DNA of 64,000 nucleotides from Euglena gracilis (Eukaryota): positions 20,508,642 through 20,572,641 of the forward strand of contig CP154954.1 in NCBI GenBank assembly GCA_039621445.1, given 5' to 3'. The notes under the pieces were generated by a model. That model saw only the letters and a program-made list of their open reading frames with translations. It was not told the origin of the DNA and did not search any database. The position numbers were made by a program, and so were the translations under genes. The stretch's first letter is position 1. Each line of letters opens with the position of its first letter. Below are positions 59,549 through 64,000 of this stretch, one piece after another.

Positions 59549-61162
59549 GACCAGCCTATGCCCAAGGGGGCTCATTTGCCTTCCTGCTGGGCTGCGACTG
59601 GGTCAGGAATACCAGTGAGGCCATCATGGGCCATCAAGAGGAGAGGGTCATGACCAACTTCCAACCCCCATAGCAGCGCGACGTGCTTGTCTTTTCCTCA
59701 GCACATCTTTTTTTTCTCAGCCACCTTTTGAGCCATGTTTTTGGGATCACTCTTTTGAGCAGGTTATTTACTGCAAAACGTGCCCCCTTGCCCAGTGCCC
59801 AACGGCCCTTCCCCCCCCCCCCCCCTGCCCCCCCCCCCCCCCATTTGCCCCCCCCACCGTGCCCCCCCCCCGCCCCCCCCCTTTCCTTTCCCCCCCACCC
59901 TCAACTCAAGGTTGGGGGAGGGGTGAGGCAAGAAGGGCTTCATTTGTGGGTGCTATGCACACATAGCATTACAATGATGCCAGGAAGGTTCAATCTTAAG
60001 GGCGGTCCTTAAGGGACAGGAAAGTCTTTTTTTTATTCCCTTAAGGACTGCCTCCCTTTCGGCCAAAGGGCCGGTTAAGGGCCAGACTGGGACTTGAACG
60101 GGGTCCAAAATTAAAAAGTCCAAAAAAAGCACAGTTTTTGATGATTTGGGTGGATGGATGATGGTCCAGGGGTGCCAGGAATCAATTTTTTTTTCCCGAT
60201 GTCGACGTGTTCTCACTGAAAAATGCCAAAAATTTCTTGCCATTTTCCTGTATATTTTTCACTGAGTGTGCTGGGACGGCCGAGAATTTTTTTTATTTGC
60301 TTAAGGACCGCCCTGCAAACATTCCTGGGGTGTTTGGCTCTCGTTTGTGCTGTTCTTAATCTTGATTTCGGAAAGCACCTCTTTCAGTGCAAAGCTGCAG
60401 GCAGGTGAGCCCCCCCCTGTCCTTGGAGACCCCCCACAGCATCCCGATGTGGTGGCGCTATTTCCCCTCGCCCTGACCGGTACCATTCACCACTCTGCCC
60501 CCCCTGTGGGGAGACTCCTTGGTTTGGCGTCCTCGTAGCTAGCGGCACACTACGGCACTGATTTGGCCCGCGACACGTGCGCCTCTGGGCTGAATGACGG
60601 AGACGCTTCTTCCCCCTCCTTTCCAACCCGAGCCTTCCAGCGAACCTCTGCTTGACTTGTTGGAACAAGTGTCTTTCACATCTGATGAGTTTTGTTTTGT
60701 CTCATGCTGGTTGTGATGGTGGTGTTTGTTTGTTTGTTTGTTTGTTTGTTTGTTATTTTTGCTTTGGTTCCTCCTTCAACAAAACAAAGTCATTTTGTGC
60801 TGCCAGTTCAACTCCAACTCTCCTCCCTGTTTAGGACTCTGGGTCTTTGCCTCAGCAATTTTCAACATGTGCCCTTGTGCGATTTTATAGTGAGGTTGTG
60901 TCCTTCATCCAAACATATTGAATGCCAGGAAGTGGGGGGGGGCAAGAGTTCGGACTGGTCTTGGAAAAACACAATCAAAATTTGGGAATATCCAGAATAT
61001 CCAGAATATCCAGAATGGCAACTGGTCTAACAATGATGCAAAGAGGCAGGCAAGGCATGGCCTGAGAACTCATGGATCACCGATGGCACCAAAAGTGCTG
61101 GAAGGAGCCGAATGTGTTGAATTTAAGGCATTTGGCAAGCCCTCCTATGCAAACATGCAGAC

Positions 61163-61532
61163 CAGGCTTTTGCTTAAGGGATTGCAGTACCCCCCCGGGG
61201 GGGGGCTGGACTGCAGCTAGTCCAAATTTGGCTAGTGGGTTTTCTAGCAGACCCCCCCCGGGGGGGGTCTGCTAGCAGGGCTAGCTAGTGGAAAAAAAAA
61301 TTCTTTTGGGACCCCCAAAAATGGCCGAAAATGCCCGTTTTTGGCCATTTTTAGGAATTTTTGGAACAAAATCAGCCCAAAACTTGTTAAAAACCTCATT
61401 TTTCCAGTCCGGGGGACCCCAGACCCCCCCCCCCCGGGGGGAGGGGGGTCTAGCTAGTCCACTTTTTCCAGTGTCTAGCCGATTGGCTAGCCAGTACCCC
61501 CCCCCCCCCGGGGGTCCTTAAGCAAAAGCCTG
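61163..61532. mobile_element. hAT-like MITE, 8-bp TSD ATGCAGAC
   Basis: Same family as 32865-33265, exact TSD. Confidence 0.9.
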
Positions 61533-62233
61533 ATGCAGACACACCGAAAAATGAAAATGTAAATGAAAGAATATACATATACCTCTATGTATTTATAGGT
61601 ACATGTATGCATATCTGAAAATATATATACATACACATACTCACATATACAGCTGGATATGTGTGTATGAATGCATACACGTACAAATATGCAGGCATAT
61701 TTTTCATATATACATCCCCCCCAAATAACGGGGCAGGGTGCTCCGTTACTGGCACCATCTTTTTTGACCTTCCCCCCTGCCCCATTATCTGTGTACTACC
61801 CGTCATCATGGAATTCCCTCACAGACCTTTTGTGATGAATGACACATCAACCTATTTATGAAAATGATGAGTGTTACAAACCTGAGATCCGATACCTTGA
61901 ATATGATTTGGTTTTGCCCATCCCTAATTCCACTCGCACCAACCGCACCCGCGGCAGGCAAGCGTTGTGGAATATTTTCGTCGTTGCTAACCTTTTGGGC
62001 CAAAAACTGAGGGTGCCCCGTAATTGGAACCATCTTTTTCGGCCTGCCTCCTGCCCCGTTATTTGGGCACTGCCCACTCAAAGGGCACTGCCCCGTGATT
62101 TGGGGGTCTTTACGTATAACTAACTCTATGGTCACTGTGAATTTTTCTTGACCTCATTTTTTCAATTTCCCACGGCCACCCTGAATACTGCGGCTGCATG
62201 GACCCCAGACTCCCTTCCCCCCCCCCCCCAGCG

Positions 62234-62340
62234 ATGGCTTGCGTGGCCCTGCAGGAGGCGGTGGACGCCATCCACCGGTTCGGGGCCCTGCAGCAGGGCC
62301 GGCTGGACCGGCTGGCGGCCGCCAGCACGACCGGCGGCTT
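62234..62340 (+). CDS. Probable first exon of an unidentified gene
   Basis: C-rich tract + CAG immediately before ATG; GC3-rich codons MACVALQEAVDAIHRFGALQQGRLDRLAAAST. 3' end uncertain. Confidence 0.45.
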
Positions 62341-64000
62341 CCCCTCCGTCCCCCCTCCGCTGCCGTCCCCCGGCCAGGGGAGGGGCCGGACGGAATGGGA
62401 ATCCCGGCAACCCTGGGGGCCAGGGCAGAACAGGAATCGGCCAAACAGTGGTGGGTGGGGGGGGGGTCGACCCCCCCCCCAGCCCATATTTCCGGAGCAC
62501 CAATTTTCGACCCAATTTTTTTTCCCGGCGTCAAAGGCGCCAGGGAAAATTTGTTTGAAAAATCCGTGAAAATGCTGTGGTGGGTGGCCCCCCATCTCCC
62601 GGGGGGGGGTCGACCGACAGAAGCCAAAGTGCATCTAAGGGGGGGGTCGACCGCGGTAATTGGGGAGTTGACCCCCCTACCCCAGTATCCTGGTGGGCGG
62701 TTGGGTTACTTGACCATAGCCCCAAACTGTGAGTTTTGCTGGCGACCACCGCCCGCCAGCAAAACTCACAGTTGTGTGACGTTGCCCAAGCCGAATCATG
62801 AAACTAATTCAGAATTCGGAAATATTGCAAAGCAGGATGACTCGAGCGGGGACGGGAGTCACGGCAAATGTATGTCGGGCAGGGTGTGCCGAATGTGGAG
62901 GGTCCGACCTCACACATCACCTCATCAATATTTAGGTTAAAATTTTCGTTTGGTATTGAAGGAATGATCTGCCCCCCCCACCCTCCAAACAGAGTGGGAG
63001 AGGGCGGTGGAATTAAAGGTCTAGGAGCGTAGACTCATTTGACACCTGTGTTACCCTTCCCCAGGGGTGGATGGTGGGTGTTCTAGAGTGGGTGAGTTTT
63101 GCCCGGCTGAAGCCGGCTGAAGGCTGATGATTTTTTTTCCAGGGGTTCTGGCTGATTTTGGGTGGGTTTTGGGTGGGTGGGTGGGTGGGTCGACCTGGTC
63201 ATGCGAGGGCCGATTTTTTTTTAAAGAAGTGGGTGGCAGGTTTGGGCCCTGGGAAAAGTGCCCCACGCCCCAGGGATCACTAGCTATTCCATGCCTGAGA
63301 GACGACGTTGCGGACGGAACACCCCTGGCAAGCCCCAATGCGGTGTGAATGGACTCCCCCCAATGCATAGTTGTGTAAAACGTTTCGCCATGCGAAACGT
63401 AACTGCTGGCCTGGCTTGTCGCAGTGCCAGTCGGCAGTGCCACAGCCCCGGCCCATTTGTCAAACCGCCGCCCTCCCACTCCCTGGCCCCGCTCGGCACC
63501 GGTCGGAGGAGCAAGCCCGGGCAGCGTGGGACAAGGCGGAGTGGGAGCGGGCGGAGAAGGACCGGCCGGGCCAGCCTGGGCTGCCACCTGGATCCCCAAG
63601 CGCGGAGGTGGTGTCTGAGTGCCTTGCGAGGGGGGGGGGTCAGAAACCTGGACCACCAATCGGTGGTGGTTTGGGCACCCCACCTCTCTCCTGCACTTGT
63701 GGTCAGCCCCCGAGTTCATCATTTTTGTGATTTGGATAATCCCAAAATCGCCTAAAAAAACCCCAAAAAATCAACTAACCCCCCCAACAGGGCCCACGTT
63801 TCCCGATATTTTTTTCGGGATCCGATAAATTCAAGATCGTCGACAAGGCCCAAATGGGCCGATGTCCAATACAACGATTCTTGCTCTGGGGACGATGGGT
63901 CGCTGCCAGCCACCGCTGACGCCGACATTTTTTTTTGGGAGGCTTTGTTCTAAAAAAAACGCCCCAGCCGGCGGGCCACAGGACCGTGGTGCGGGCGCCG

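Overview
Eukaryotic nuclear DNA from a euglenid, inferred from the Euglena-type spliced-leader sequence and many non-GT-AG stem-forming introns. Bases 1-30 kb are nested repeats: three ~2.2-kb tandem units, a near-complete CRE/SLACS-type non-LTR retrotransposon (RT, CCHC, REL endonuclease) preceded by two spliced-leader copies, several CRE fragments and MITEs. This part also holds four or five related elements with unusual ends: an asymmetric inverted repeat plus a 50-60 bp terminal hairpin with a cGNAg loop. Three of them carry truncated tyrosine-recombinase-type ORFs. Bases 30-64 kb hold plus-strand host genes: a dual-specificity phosphatase, an NSUN3/4-like m5C methyltransferase, EMC2 and the first exon of an unknown gene. 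I reconstructed their exons by hand using both conventional and nonconventional introns. Main leads: (1) the hairpin-ended tyrosine-recombinase element family, which looks built for an ssDNA intermediate; (2) the nonconventional intron geometry (3 nt + stem + 5 nt) equals scarless removal of the CAG...CTG MITEs with 8-bp TSDs found in the same window; (3) spliced leaders fixed in genomic DNA at the retroelement 5' end. All calls are by eye, with no database searches.
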